A stretch of 64,000 nucleotides of DNA from Candidatus Binatia bacterium (lineage in GTDB: Bacteria > Desulfobacterota > Binatia > HRBIN30), in contig JBBRSP010000033.1 in NCBI GenBank assembly GCA_038245295.1, positions 1 through 64,000 on the forward strand. The letters run 5' to 3'. Positions within the stretch are counted from its first letter, which is position 1, and each line of letters opens with the position of its first letter. The notes under the pieces were generated by a model that saw nothing but the letters and a program-made list of their open reading frames with translations, had not been told where the DNA came from and did not search any database. Below are positions 49,856 to 61,600 of this stretch, one piece after another. Position numbers and translations under genes: made by a program.

Positions 49856-50227
49856 CTACGAATATCCCAGTCGATCGATCTCATCGTCTTCCATGCCGAA
49901 GTAGTGGCCGAGCTCGTGGATGATGGTGCGTTCGATTTCGCGCTGCAGGCGACTGCGGGTGGGAAAGGCCGCGACGAGTGGCTCGTAGTACAGGATGATG
50001 CGGGACGGCAGGGTGACTGGCTCGCTTACATGGTGTTCGGTCAGTGGCACGCCGTCGAACAGCCCGAAAAGAGTGTCTCGTCGTGGGTCCATCCCAAGCT
50101 CACGCAGGGTGCGGGCGTCGGGTCTGTCTTCGACAACGACCGGCACCGTGTCGAGATGGCGCGCGAACTCCCGGGGCAGTCCATCCAGGACCTCACGGAT
50201 GAAGTCTTCGAACGTTGCACGATCCAC
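49856..50227 (-). CDS. Zincin-like metallopeptidase (DUF1025)
   Basis: LFGLFDGVPL, HELGHYFG. Confidence 0.9.
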   Translation of the reverse strand: MDRATFEDFIREVLDGLPREFARHLDTVPVVVEDRPDARTLRELGMDPRRDTLFGLFDGVPLTEHHVSEPVTLPSRIILYYEPLVAAFPTRSRLQREIERTIIHELGHYFGMEDDEIDRLGYS

Positions 50228-50323
50228 GCCCTCACAACTACGCAGCGCCGGGCGATAACGGAAGAGCCTTCCGCTCCCCTTCGCCTTCGCCGGTGCGGAT
50301 AGACTGCCGCGGCGATCGCCCGA

Positions 50324-51469
50324 TCATTTCAACTGCTTGCGAAACGTCGCGCTGGCAAGGCTGAGGATCACCACGCCGTAGACCAGTAGAATCGCCGCCT
50401 CGTCCTTGAGCTCCCACCAGCCGACACCCTTGAGGAAGATGCCGCGCACGATGCTGATGTAGTATCGCAGGGGGATCAGATACGTGAACTTCTGCACCAT
50501 CTCGGGCATGCTGGAAATCGGAAACATGAAACCTGAAAAGAACATGTTCGGCAGAAGCAGGAACTGGCCGGTCATCGACGCTTGCTGCTGCGTGTTGGCG
50601 ATCGACGAGACGACGAGTCCCATTCCCAGGCACGTGAGAATGAACAGCAGGCTGAGTCCGAACAGCAGCGGTACGCTGCCGCGAATCGTCACGTCGAACC
50701 AGAACGTTCCTGCCAGCAGGACGATCACCATGTTGAGGTAGCCGAGGCCGATGAATGGAATCGCCTTCCCCAGGATGAGCTCGAAGGAACGAATCGGTGT
50801 CACGATGAGTTGCTCCATCGTGCCGTGTTCCTTCTCACGCACGATGGCCACAGCGGTGAGAATGACCAGCGACTCCATCAGCAGCACACACATGATGGCC
50901 GGCACCATGAAGCGCACGCTGCGCAGCTCCGGGTTGTACCAGACGCGCGGTTCGACGTTCATCACCGGATGCTCGACCAGTTTGGCGATGCCGCCGCGAT
51001 CCGGGAACGCCACCTCGATGGCGCTGCTGACGGTGATCTGTTGCAGATAGGCGGCGGCGATGGTGGCGATGTTCGAGTTGCTGCCGTCGACGGCGGCCGA
51101 CACGCGCACCGAAGCGCCGCGTTTGAGCCGCGACGAGAAGTCCGGCGGGATCGTCAACGCCAGGCGCACGCGACCGCGATCGAGCAGGTAGGTGATGTCG
51201 GCCGTTCTCTCGCAACGGCCGGCGACGTGGAAATAGCCGCTGTTCACGAGGCGATCGACGTAACTGCGGCTGGCGGCGGACTGGTCGAAATCGCATACCG
51301 CCATGGCGATGTCGTCGACGTCCTGCGCCACGACGTAGCCGAAGATGAACAGCTCCATGACCGGCATGAACAGGATCATGCCGAACATGCGCCTGTCGCG
51401 GGTCATCTGGATGACTTCCTTCCATAAGATGCGGAAGATGCGCGACAGCGATGCGGTGAAGGCGTTCAT
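50324..51469 (-). CDS. ABC-2 exporter permease (YbhR-like)
   Basis: WYNPEL, IVREKEHGTMEQL. Confidence 0.92.
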   Translation of the reverse strand: MNAFTASLSRIFRILWKEVIQMTRDRRMFGMILFMPVMELFIFGYVVAQDVDDIAMAVCDFDQSAASRSYVDRLVNSGYFHVAGRCERTADITYLLDRGRVRLALTIPPDFSSRLKRGASVRVSAAVDGSNSNIATIAAAYLQQITVSSAIEVAFPDRGGIAKLVEHPVMNVEPRVWYNPELRSVRFMVPAIMCVLLMESLVILTAVAIVREKEHGTMEQLIVTPIRSFELILGKAIPFIGLGYLNMVIVLLAGTFWFDVTIRGSVPLLFGLSLLFILTCLGMGLVVSSIANTQQQASMTGQFLLLPNMFFSGFMFPISSMPEMVQKFTYLIPLRYYISIVRGIFLKGVGWWELKDEAAILLVYGVVILSLASATFRKQLK

Positions 51470-52653
51470 CCGAGCTTCTCCTGAAAACGATTGGCGCTCA
51501 GCCCGACGATGACGACGCCGAACAACAGTAGTAGCAGCGCTTGCGGCCACAGGACTTCGAGGCCAACGCCTTTCAGGTAGATGCCGCGGATGGCGGTGAC
51601 GAAGTAGCGGCCCGGGAACAAGTAGGAGACGACACGGACTCCGAGTGGCATGGTCTCGAGAGGAAAGGCGAAGCCGGACAACAGAATTGACGGCATGAGC
51701 GAGATGAAAATTGCCGCCAACATCGCTGCTTCCATCGTGTCGGCGATGGTCGATACGAAGACGCCGAGCCCGAGCGAAGCAACCAAATAGAGAAAGGCGA
51801 AAACGCCGAGCTGCAACAGGCTGCCGCGAATCGGCACTTCGAAGATCACGTAGCCGGCGACGACGATGATGGTCAGATCGATGAAGCCAATGATCAGGTA
51901 GGGAATCAACTTGCCGATCATCATCTCCAGCGGGCGGATCGGCGAAACGAGAATCTGTTCCAGCGTGCCGCGCTGTTTCTCCTTGACGATGCTGAGGGCG
52001 GTGAGCATGGCGCCGACGATCATCATGATCACCGCGATGACTCCCGGGACGATGAAGTTGACGCTCTTCAACTCGGGATTGTACCAGATGCGACTTTCGA
52101 CATCGATCAGCGGCATCGCCTCGTGGCGCCCCACCTTGGGCTGCGCGTATTGTCCGATGACACCGAGCAGATACCCCTGCGCGATTGTCGCCGTGTTTGA
52201 ATCGGCGCCGTCGACGATGGCTTGCAGCGTCGGTACCTCGCCGCTGGCAAGTTTGGCGGCGAAGTCGCGCGGGATGACCAACGCGGCGCGACTCGCGTCG
52301 GTGGCGAGATCCTCGTTGATCTGTTTGGGGTTCGTGGCTTCACGGACCAACCGGAAGTAGCGCGAGCTGAACAGCCGCTCGGTGAGCTGCCGGCTCTGCA
52401 CCGAACGGTCGTAGTCGAGCACCGTCAGCGGCACGTTGTCGACGTCGTAGCGGATGCCGTAGCCGTACATAATCAACATGCTGATGGGATACAGAAAAGT
52501 CAGGAATAGACTGCCACGATCGCGCAGGACGTCGATGAACTCGCGCCGCATGATGGCACGAATCGTCCGCGCCGACAGGAATCGACGACGCTCCCTGTCC
52601 CGCATTTCCTGTGGGGGAGAGTTGGCGTGATGGCGATCGATGTCGCGACTCAT
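51466..52653 (-). CDS. ABC-2 exporter permease (YbhS-like)
   Basis: DGADSNTA, WYNPEL, EKQRGTLEQ. Confidence 0.92.
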   Translation of the reverse strand: MSRDIDRHHANSPPQEMRDRERRRFLSARTIRAIMRREFIDVLRDRGSLFLTFLYPISMLIMYGYGIRYDVDNVPLTVLDYDRSVQSRQLTERLFSSRYFRLVREATNPKQINEDLATDASRAALVIPRDFAAKLASGEVPTLQAIVDGADSNTATIAQGYLLGVIGQYAQPKVGRHEAMPLIDVESRIWYNPELKSVNFIVPGVIAVIMMIVGAMLTALSIVKEKQRGTLEQILVSPIRPLEMMIGKLIPYLIIGFIDLTIIVVAGYVIFEVPIRGSLLQLGVFAFLYLVASLGLGVFVSTIADTMEAAMLAAIFISLMPSILLSGFAFPLETMPLGVRVVSYLFPGRYFVTAIRGIYLKGVGLEVLWPQALLLLLFGVVIVGLSANRFQEKLG

Positions 52654-53597
52654 GCCGCCGTCCGTTCGATGATGGCAACGAAGGCGTCCTCGAGTGAGGG
52701 CTCGATCCGTTCCAGGTGCTCGATGGCAATGTGTTGCGCTTCCAGCTTCTCGCGCACCGCCCGGCGCGCCGCTTGTTCATCGTCGGCGGTCAGATGCAGC
52801 CGATCGCCAAACAGCGCGACACCGCCGAGGCGCGAGTCGCCTTTCAACGCGGCGTAGGCGCCCATCAAGTCGCTGCACACGAGCTCGAGCAAGGCCTGCT
52901 GCATGTGACGTCGCTTGAGCTCGTCGGGACTGCCGGTGGCGACGACGCGTCCGGCGTAGATGAGTGCCAGCTGGTCGCAGTGCTCGGCTTCGTCCATGTA
53001 GTGGGTTGTGACGAACACGGTGATGCCGCGCGCCGCGAGATCGCCGATGAGCTCCCAAAAATTACGTCGCGATGCCGGATCGACGCCGGATGTCGGCTCG
53101 TCAAGAAACAAGATCGGTGGCTCGTGCAGCACGGCGCAACCGAGAGCCAGACGTTGACGCCAGCCGCCGGCGAGCTCGCTGGTGCGTGTATCCTCGCGGC
53201 CGCTGAGGCCGGCCATATCGAGAGCCCAGGCGATGCGGTTGCTGCGCTTCTCGCCGTGTACGTTGTAGATGCCGGCGAAGAACCGCAGGTTCTCCTCGAC
53301 GGTGAGATCTTCGTAGAGCGAGAACTTCTGCGACATGTAGCCGATGCCCTGTTTGAGCTGTTCGGTCTGCCGCATGATGTCGAAGCCGCCCACCGTTCCG
53401 CCGCCCTCGGTTGGTCGCAAGATGCCGCACAACATGCGGATGGTGGTCGACTTGCCGGCACCGTTAGGGCCGAGGAAGCCGAAGACCGAACCGGAGGGCA
53501 CCTGCAGGTCGATGTGATTGACGGCGATGAAGTCGTCGAAGCGACGTGTCAACCCGTGCACATCCACGGCAAGCTGGGGCAACGCCGGATCCTTCAT
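52650..53597 (-). CDS. ABC transporter ATP-binding protein
   Basis: GPNGAGKST, GYMSQKFSLY, LDEPTSGVDP. Confidence 0.95.
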   Translation of the reverse strand: MKDPALPQLAVDVHGLTRRFDDFIAVNHIDLQVPSGSVFGFLGPNGAGKSTTIRMLCGILRPTEGGGTVGGFDIMRQTEQLKQGIGYMSQKFSLYEDLTVEENLRFFAGIYNVHGEKRSNRIAWALDMAGLSGREDTRTSELAGGWRQRLALGCAVLHEPPILFLDEPTSGVDPASRRNFWELIGDLAARGITVFVTTHYMDEAEHCDQLALIYAGRVVATGSPDELKRRHMQQALLELVCSDLMGAYAALKGDSRLGGVALFGDRLHLTADDEQAARRAVREKLEAQHIAIEHLERIEPSLEDAFVAIIERTAA

Positions 53598-54550
53598 GCC
53601 GCGGCTGTCGTCTCGCCGTGCTCGGCGCGGTAGCGAGTCAGATAGGCGAGGAAGACGTCTTCGAGGGACGGCTCGATGATGCGCCAGCTGTCGACACCAA
53701 CGCCGGCGGCGCGTGCCGCGGCAACCGCGGCCTCGGCGTCGAAACCCTGGCGCGGCACACTGACGTGCAGGTCCTTGCCGAACGCGACGGCGTCACGCAG
53801 AAGCTCGACGTCCTTCAACAAGTGGCGCGCCCGCCGCGGATCGTGGCAGCGGAGATCGAGAACCATGGTGCCCAGGCTGGCGCGCAGCTCGTTCGGCCGG
53901 CCGCAGGCAATCAACTCTCCATCGATGAGGAAGCCGATGCGATGACAGCGCTCGGCCTCGTCCATGTAAGGCGTCGACAGGAAGATCGTCGAGCCTTCTT
54001 GCAGGAGGTCGTAGAGGATCAGCCAGAAGTCGCGACGCGACAGCGGATCGACGCCGATCGTCGGCTCGTCGAGCAACAGAATGCGCGGTTGGTGGACGAG
54101 ACACGTCGACAGGCTGAGCTTCTGCTTCATGCCGCCGGAGAGATTGCGCGCCAGCCGATCCTGGAACGGTCCGAGTCGGCTGAAGTCGAGCAAGCGCTGC
54201 ACGCGCGCCTTCTGCTCGGAGCGCGGCACATGCCAGATCTCGCAGACATAGTGGAGGTTCTCGGCGACGGTGAGATTTTCGGACAGACTGAAGCGCTGCG
54301 ACATGTAGCCGATGCGCTCCTTGACGCCCGCCGGATCCTGGGCGACGTTGATCCCGTCGATCTCGATGCGGCCGCCGCTCAGGCTGAGCAGGCCCGTAAG
54401 GATACGCAGGAACGTTGTCTTGCCGGCGCCGTCGGGGCCGACGAGGCCGAACAGCTCACCCGGCGCCACCGTTAGCGACACGCCACGCAGCGCCGGTACG
54501 TCGCCGTAACTTTTCTGAACGTTGTGCGCCGCGATGGCCGCCTGGCTCAT
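53594..54550 (-). CDS. ABC transporter ATP-binding protein
   Basis: GPDGAGKTT, LSGGMKQKL, LDEPTIGVDP. Confidence 0.95.
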   Translation of the reverse strand: MSQAAIAAHNVQKSYGDVPALRGVSLTVAPGELFGLVGPDGAGKTTFLRILTGLLSLSGGRIEIDGINVAQDPAGVKERIGYMSQRFSLSENLTVAENLHYVCEIWHVPRSEQKARVQRLLDFSRLGPFQDRLARNLSGGMKQKLSLSTCLVHQPRILLLDEPTIGVDPLSRRDFWLILYDLLQEGSTIFLSTPYMDEAERCHRIGFLIDGELIACGRPNELRASLGTMVLDLRCHDPRRARHLLKDVELLRDAVAFGKDLHVSVPRQGFDAEAAVAAARAAGVGVDSWRIIEPSLEDVFLAYLTRYRAEHGETTAAA

Positions 54551-55560
54551 TTCGTCGCCAGCGCCGGGGCGTTCGGTTGGATGGTAATCTCGCCGTCCGC
54601 CGGCATGCCTGGTTTGAGCGCGCCGTTGCGATTCTGCAGCTCGATTTTGACGCGATAGACGAGTTTGACCCTCTCATCCGGTGTCTGGATGTTCTTTGGT
54701 GTGAACTCCGACTTCTCGGCGATGAAGGCGACCTTGCCTTCGAACGGTTCGTCGGGGAAGGCATCGACCGCGACCTTGGCCGGCATTCCAAGGGCGATGC
54801 GACCGAGGTCGCGTTCGCTGACATAGAGGTTGAGCCACGGGCGTTGCATGTCGCCGAGCGTAAAGATCGAGGTCCCCGGCGCGACGGTTTCGCCGGCTTC
54901 GCGGTTGCGCGACAACACGCGCCCGGCGAGCGGCGCGTGTAAGGTGCAGCGACTCAGTTGCAACTCGGCAAGAGCGACCGACTTCTCCGCCTCGCGCACC
55001 CGAGCCCGTGCTTCCTCCAGCTCTTCGGCGCGAGTTCCTTCTTTGAGCATCGCCAACTGTGCCGTGGCCCGGTCGCGTGTGCCTCTGGAACTCTCGAAGG
55101 CCATATTGACGCGATCGAGCTCGCTCTGGGAGACGACCTTCTGGTGATGCAACTCGCGGATGCGTGCCAGTTCGGTTTGCTGCATGGCGAAGTCGGAGTT
55201 CGCCGTATCAACCGCGGCGAGGGCCTGGTCGATCTCCTGGCCGCGTGGTCCTTTGAGCATCATCGCATAACGAGCGTCGGCAGCCGCTTTGCCGGCCTCG
55301 GCACGTTCGCGCTGCAGGCGATACTCGCGATCATCGAGACGGGCAATTGGATCACCTTTATCGACGGCGTTGCCCTCATCGATCAGGCGCTCGTTGATCG
55401 TCCCGGGCACCTCGAAGGCGACATCGACCTCGGTAATTTCGATGATACCGGAACCACGGATTATATTGGCGTTGCTGCCGTGATCGGCGGACCAACGCCA
55501 CCAAACAACAGTCACCGCGAGCGCAACAAGGATCAAAACAGGGACGACACGCCGAGCCAT
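54547..55560 (-). CDS. HlyD-family membrane fusion protein (YbhG-like)
   Basis: N-terminal TM, coiled coil, EFTPKNIQT..ER..LVYRVK, LKPGMPAD. Confidence 0.92.
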   Translation of the reverse strand: MARRVVPVLILVALAVTVVWWRWSADHGSNANIIRGSGIIEITEVDVAFEVPGTINERLIDEGNAVDKGDPIARLDDREYRLQRERAEAGKAAADARYAMMLKGPRGQEIDQALAAVDTANSDFAMQQTELARIRELHHQKVVSQSELDRVNMAFESSRGTRDRATAQLAMLKEGTRAEELEEARARVREAEKSVALAELQLSRCTLHAPLAGRVLSRNREAGETVAPGTSIFTLGDMQRPWLNLYVSERDLGRIALGMPAKVAVDAFPDEPFEGKVAFIAEKSEFTPKNIQTPDERVKLVYRVKIELQNRNGALKPGMPADGEITIQPNAPALATK

Positions 55561-55657
55561 AAGTCTCCTTAGCCTGAGGACTTACAGCATAGGGGCCTTT
55601 CTAATGTAACCGGGGCAGATCCGGGCCGCTCGCCATGGCGCCCGGATGAGCAACGGC

Positions 55658-55984
55658 TCAGCAAGTCTTGAGTAGCGCGATGAGCCCGTCGAGACGCTCC
55701 TCGAGTCGCTGAAAGTCAGCGCTCATGTCGTCCAGATGATTGAGACGCGCGGCGACTTCCATCGAGGCGGCCAGGTCGAAGGCCTCGGCGGTCTCGAAGT
55801 TGGAGATCGATCCCTTCAGTCCGTGCGCTGCGGCGGCGATCTCGACGGCGTTGGCGGCGGCGACGGCGTGGCGAAGTCTGGCGATCTGTTTTGGCACGTC
55901 TTCGACAAAGATTCCCGCCACCTCGCGCAGCAACTCCGCGTCGCCGCCGAGGCGGGCCAGGAGATCTTCCAGCGAACTTGGCAT
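55658..55984 (-). CDS. Stand-alone Hpt phosphotransfer protein
   Basis: RLGGDAELLREV, AAHGLKGS. Confidence 0.9.
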   Translation of the reverse strand: MPSSLEDLLARLGGDAELLREVAGIFVEDVPKQIARLRHAVAAANAVEIAAAAHGLKGSISNFETAEAFDLAASMEVAARLNHLDDMSADFQRLEERLDGLIALLKTC

Positions 55985-56064
55985 CTGGCGAGCGTGTATC
56001 ACACCCGCGATACCCCAACATCCGTTCTTTGACATGCGCTGGTCGTGGGATATGAGGGCCCACT

Positions 56065-57813
56065 GTGACGAGCTTGCGAACGCTACTGGTCGAAGACGAT
56101 GCGACGACACGCCGTCTCCTGCAGTCGACCCTGGAAGGGCGCGGCTACGCCGTCACTGCCTGCGCCGATGCCGAAAGCGCCTGGGAAAAATGCCGGCACG
56201 AAGCGTTCGAGATCATGGTGCTCGATTGGCTTCTGCCGGGGATGGATGGTCTCGAGTTGTGTCGCCGCTGGCGCGCTCATCCCGACGGTGATCGTAGTTT
56301 TGTGATCATCCTCACGGGGCGTGACCAGCCGAGTGATCTGCAAGTTGTGCTCGATGCCGGCAGCGACGACTATCTGACCAAACCGCTCGACATCCCACGC
56401 CTGCAGGTTCGCCTGAGCATTGCCGAGCGCCAAATCGAGCACCGTCGACAGCGTAGGCTGGCGGAAGGGAACGCGGCGCGATCGCTCGCCGAGCTGCAGA
56501 AGGCGCACGATGACCTGCTGTTGGTGCTCAACCAGCTGCGCATCGGCTGCGTGATCACCGACGCCGACGGTCAAATCACCTTCTTCAGCGAGGTTTGCCG
56601 GGAGTTGTTCGATGTCTCGCCGTCGCAGGTTCTCGGGCACAGCTGGCAATCCGCGCTGCCGGTGACCCGCGAGGTGCAAGCCGAGCTGCAGCGCATGGTC
56701 GGGCTGCCGCGGCATGATCGCGTTAAGGTCGTGGCGCACGGCGAGGCGGCCAGCGGGACGCGCTTCTCGATCGAAATCGAAGTCAAAGACGATCCGGCCG
56801 ACGCCCAACGTCGGATGTTCTTCGTGTACGATATCAGTGAAGTGCATGACCTGCGCCGTATGCTCAGTGGGCGCGCCCAGTTCGAGGATCTCATCGGCAA
56901 GAGCGAACCGATGCTGCGTGTGTTCCAGCTCATTCGTGACGTCGCTGCCGTCGATGCGACCGTGCTGATCGAAGGGGAGACCGGCACCGGCAAGGAACTC
57001 GTCGCCCGCGCCCTTCACGTGACGAGCGTGCGACGTGATCGCCCGTTCATTGCTGTCAACTGTGCCGGCCTGACGGAATCGCTTCTCGGCTCGCAGCTCT
57101 TCGGCCACAAGCGCGGTGCCTTTACCGGTGCCATCGAGGATCACAAAGGTCTGTTCGAAGCGGCCGACGGTGGGACGGTCTTCCTGGACGAGATCGGCGA
57201 TGTGCCGCAGAGCGTGCAAACAATGCTGCTGCGCGTGCTGCAGGAGCGCGAGGTTGTGCGTCTGGGTGAAACCAAGCCGCGCAAGATCGACGTGCGAGTC
57301 GTGGCGGCAACGCATCACAACCTGACCGAAGACGTCGCCAAGGGAAGTTTTCGCGCCGATTTGCTGTATCGCATACGGGTCGCGCGCATCCATTTGCCGC
57401 CACTGCGGCAGCGTCGGCAGGACATCCCCTTGCTTGCCGCTGCCTTTTTGCGCGAGTTTCGCGCCACGACCGGGAAACGTGTCGAAGACTTTACGACCGA
57501 GGCCATGTCGTTGCTCCTCAACTACGACTGGCCCGGCAACGTGCGCGAGCTGCGCGGTGCCATTGAATTCGCCATGATCCGCGCCGCCGGCAGTATGATC
57601 GGCTCGGCCGACTGGCCGCCGGAGATGCAGATCGGGGCGGACGGTGTTTCCGACGTGCGGATGAACCTGCCGCCGGGAGCCGACGAGGCGCAACGTATTC
57701 TGGCGGCGCTGGAACAATCACGCGGTAACCGCGTTGTTGCCGCCCGTCTTCTCGGTATGAGTCGCGCGACTCTGTACCGGCGCCTGAGCGAGCTCAATCT
57801 CGAGGTCAAGTAA
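56065..57813 (+). CDS. sigma54 enhancer-binding response regulator (REC-PAS-AAA+-Fis HTH)
   Basis: [13 protein letters not shown]-like [45 protein letters not shown]. Confidence 0.95.
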   Translation: MTSLRTLLVEDDATTRRLLQSTLEGRGYAVTACADAESAWEKCRHEAFEIMVLDWLLPGMDGLELCRRWRAHPDGDRSFVIILTGRDQPSDLQVVLDAGSDDYLTKPLDIPRLQVRLSIAERQIEHRRQRRLAEGNAARSLAELQKAHDDLLLVLNQLRIGCVITDADGQITFFSEVCRELFDVSPSQVLGHSWQSALPVTREVQAELQRMVGLPRHDRVKVVAHGEAASGTRFSIEIEVKDDPADAQRRMFFVYDISEVHDLRRMLSGRAQFEDLIGKSEPMLRVFQLIRDVAAVDATVLIEGETGTGKELVARALHVTSVRRDRPFIAVNCAGLTESLLGSQLFGHKRGAFTGAIEDHKGLFEAADGGTVFLDEIGDVPQSVQTMLLRVLQEREVVRLGETKPRKIDVRVVAATHHNLTEDVAKGSFRADLLYRIRVARIHLPPLRQRRQDIPLLAAAFLREFRATTGKRVEDFTTEAMSLLLNYDWPGNVRELRGAIEFAMIRAAGSMIGSADWPPEMQIGADGVSDVRMNLPPGADEAQRILAALEQSRGNRVVAARLLGMSRATLYRRLSELNLEVK

Positions 57814-57815
57814 GC

Positions 57816-57911
57816 TGTCGCAGTGAGACGCGTGTGCCTGTCTCGCGTCGATGGCGGGCAACCCTTCAGTGCAACGGAGAGAACCGAGCGGGCGTTGGCA
57901 TGCGATGTGCA
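57816..57911 (+). promoter_or_regulatory. sigma54 promoter with candidate upstream activator box
   Basis: TGTCGCAGTGAGAC (57816-57829); TTGGCATGCGATGTGCA (57895-57911, GG-N10-GC). Confidence 0.7.
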
Positions 57912-57925
57912 AAAGTTCCATTCGC

Positions 57926-58372
57926 ATGTCGAACTCCCAACCGCTGGTTCTCGTCGTTGACGATAACCCTGCCAACCGGCAATTGGCGACTCTGATGCTC
58001 CGGCGCCTCGGCTACGTGGCCATCATCGTTGGCGACGGCTACGAAGCGTTACGCCAATGCACGGCGCAGCAGTTCGACGCCATCCTCATGGATTGCATGA
58101 TGCCCGACCTTGACGGCTACGAAACGACCGTCGAGATCCGTCGCATCGAAGGACAGCGTGGCACGTCGTATCGAACGCCGATCATCGCAGTGACGGCGAA
58201 CGCGGCGCCGGGCGATCGCGAGCGCTGCCTGGCTGCCGGTATGGACGATTACGTCACCAAGCCCGTGCGTTTGCAGCAGCTGCGGGAAGCCGTCGAGCGC
58301 TGGGTGGGGCGTGCCGATGCGGGCGACCCAGTTACCGATGTTCCCGCCGAAACAATCCTCGTGTCGTCGTGA
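57926..58372 (+). CDS. Single-domain response regulator (REC)
   Basis: VLVVDDN, LMDCMMPDLDG, IIAVTANA, AGMDDYVTKP. Confidence 0.92.
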   Translation: MSNSQPLVLVVDDNPANRQLATLMLRRLGYVAIIVGDGYEALRQCTAQQFDAILMDCMMPDLDGYETTVEIRRIEGQRGTSYRTPIIAVTANAAPGDRERCLAAGMDDYVTKPVRLQQLREAVERWVGRADAGDPVTDVPAETILVSS

Positions 58373-58655
58373 GACGCAAGGCGCCTCATGCTCTCGATTA
58401 GGCATCCGTGGCCTGATCGTGGTTGGTCACGGGTTGGATTACGCTTCGCAGAACGCCACGCCAGGCGCCCGGGTTCGCCGGTGTCGGCCGATCCAAGTGC
58501 GCCGTTGAACCGCAGAATGACACGAGAAAATCCTTGAATAAGGTTCGGCGATCAGGTTGAGTGCCCTAGTCTGAGTGGGTCAGGTTGCGCTGGTCAGAGT
58601 AACTCTGTGAAGTCCCTCCGGTGCGGCCCGGATTCCGAAGCGAGGCGGGGAAAAC

Positions 58656-61600
58656 ATGAGACGTGGTGAATTAGACGGCTTGGGCGTCCGTTTGGGCGCA
58701 AATCGGTTCGGCTCAGGTGCCCGACAACGAGGCATGGCGGTCGTGATCTGGACGCTTTGTCTACTTGCCGGGCCAGCCGTGGTGCGGGCCCAAACAACGC
58801 AGCAGTTTTGCGATAGCGTCCCGCTGACCACGACAGACTGGTCTAGTACCGTCAGCCTCACTCGGTTCAACTCGGCCCTTGGACTGCTCACCAACGTCAA
58901 CCTCGCGGTCACGGCAACGATGGTGCAGGACATCAAGCTAGAGAGCCTGGATGCCGCCCCGGCAACCGTTACCGGCACCGGCAACGGAACCATCACCGTA
59001 AATCCCCCGACGGCCCCCGACATTGTCGCCAGCCCGCAGAACGTCGTCGTTCACAACTACACCGCCTTCGATGGTATGACCGACTTTGGCGGCACCTCCG
59101 GCAGCACCGATCTGGGCGTCACGAATTCCACCGTCAGTTCTCGCAATCCGTACACCCCGACGAGCGATTTCGTCGGCGCCGGCAGCGTTACGATGCCGGT
59201 GACGGCCACCGCGACCTTCAATTCCACGGGTGCCGGCAACATCTTGAGCCAGGTTAACACATCTGCCTCTGTTACCGTTTGCGTTACGTACACCTACACG
59301 CCACCGACGGCGACGCGCACGCAGACGGCCACGGTGACGCAAACGCGTACCGCCACCAGCACGCCCAGCAGCACGGCGACGCGTACACCGACCCTGTCGC
59401 CAACGGTTACCGGGACAGCGACGGACACGGCAACACAAACGCCGAGCCGCACGATCACAAATACCCCGACCATCACCAATACGCCGACATCGACCGGGAC
59501 GCCGACATCGACCGGAACACCAACGTCGACCGGAACATTCACCAGCACCGCGACAATCACCGGCACACCGACGCAGACCGGCACGCCGACCGACACGGCG
59601 TCGCCGACGTCGACGCCGACCATCACGATCACACCGACCATTACCGATACACCGACCATAACCGCGACGCCGTCGATCACGCAGACGCCGACCATTTCGG
59701 GCACGCCGACTCGTACTGGTTCACCAACCAGCACCGGAACGGCGACACGTACCGCGACGCCGACGCGGACCAGCACTCCGACGGTGACGCGCACGCCAAC
59801 CATCACGGCGACGCGCACCAGCACCCCGACGCCGACCACGACGCCGGGCAACTCACTCAGTTTCTGCCAGGGCGTCGTCATGCAGACGACGAACTGGAAT
59901 GCGGTGATCTCTCTGCCGAAGTACGATCCGGCCAACGGCACGCTGATCAGCGTTTCGGTCGAGCTCACCGGTTCGATCCTGCAGGATCTGCGCATCGAGA
60001 GTCTCGACTCGTCGCCGTCCAACGTGACCGGTGTCGGCACGGGAACGATTACATTGAATCCACCGTCCGGGCCGGTGATTGTCTCGTTGCCACAGAACGT
60101 CGTCATGGCGAGCTTCACAGGCTTTGACGGAGTCATCGATTTCCTTGGTACGTCTGGCGGGACCTACCTGGGGCAGTTCGCCCAGGATTTCACACAGCGC
60201 AATCCGTATCTGCCGATTGCCGACTACATCGGCCCCGGCACGGTCAACATGCCGATCACCGCGGCTGCCAACTTCAGCGCCATCGGCTCCGGCAACCTGA
60301 TTACCCAGGCGAATACCATGGCCGCTGCTAGTGCCTGCATCGCCTACACGTTCATGCCGCCGACGCCGAGTCCGACGCCGTCGATCACCCCGACGATCAC
60401 TCAGACAGGGACGGTCACCCAAACGCCGACGCGCACCTGGACGCCAACGCGGACCCCGACGCTGATGCCGTCGGCGACGCCGACGCCAACCGGAACACGC
60501 ACACCGACTGCGTCTCCGACACCGACGCCGACGCCGACGATCACCAACACCCCGACACGTACAACGACGCCGATTGCGACGGGCACGTCGACGCGCACCA
60601 TGACCTTTACCCGCACATCGACACCAACCGTAACGCCGACCCGCACGACGACCGTGACGCCTGTGCCGGCATCGCTGGGCGACTTTGTGTGGTTCGATTC
60701 CAATGCCAATGGCATCCAAGACTTCGGCGAGGCCGGCGTCAGTGGGGTTACCGTCAACCTCTACAATGCCAGCAACGTGATCGTTGCCACGACGACCACC
60801 GATGGCAGCGGCCTCTACCACTTTACGAACCTGACGCCCGGCTCCTATTCGGTGGGATTCGTGAAGCCGGTGGGCGCGTCGCTGAGTCCGGCAAACCAGG
60901 GCGGCAACGACGCCGTCGACAGCGATGCGGATGCGGTGACGGGGCGCACGGCCGCTGTGACATTGGCAGCCGGCGATAACAATCTCACCCTCGATGCCGG
61001 TTTGTTCGTGACGGTAAGCGCGTCGCCTACTCCAACGCGAACCCCGACGCCGAATGTGCTCGCGGCTCTCGGCGATTTCGTCTGGCTCGACTCGAACGCC
61101 AACGGCGTGCAGGATTTCGGCGAGCCGGGAGTGAACGGCGTGACGGTAAACTTGCTGAATGCCAGCAACATGCAGATCGCCACGACGACTACGGACCCGA
61201 GCGGCGCCTACCATTTTACGAATTTGCAGCCGGGCACCTATACCGTCGTATTCGTGAAACCCAACGGAGCGTCGTTCACCCGGGCAACCCAGGGTGGTAA
61301 TACGGCTCTCGATAGCAACGCCAACACAACCACCGGCGCGACGAGCCCGGTGACTCTAGCGGCCGGTGACAACAACCTGACGATCGACGCCGGGTTGGTT
61401 GCTGCAAGCGTTCCGACCGTGACACCGACGCCAGGTAGCGTGCTCGCCGCTCTGGGTGACTTCGTGTGGTTCGATACCGATGCGGACGGCATTCAGGATG
61501 CCGGCGAAGTCGGTGTGAATGGCGTCGTCGTTAACCTGTTCAATAGCGGTGGGCAGATCATCGCCTCGACGACGACAAGCCCGGCTGGTGCCTACCTCTT

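Noticed and set aside
52650..54550. Two tandem ABC ATPases as a split pseudogene
   Set aside because: Both have complete motifs and ATGA coupling; two-gene versions of YbhF-type exporters are ordinary.
56083..57717. 544-aa minus-strand ORF
   Set aside because: Lies opposite a well-supported sigma54 activator; typical GC-rich antisense ORF with no motifs.
59294..61214. Long minus-strand ORFs 59294..60136 and 59853..61214
   Set aside because: Antisense shadows of the repeat-rich surface protein gene.
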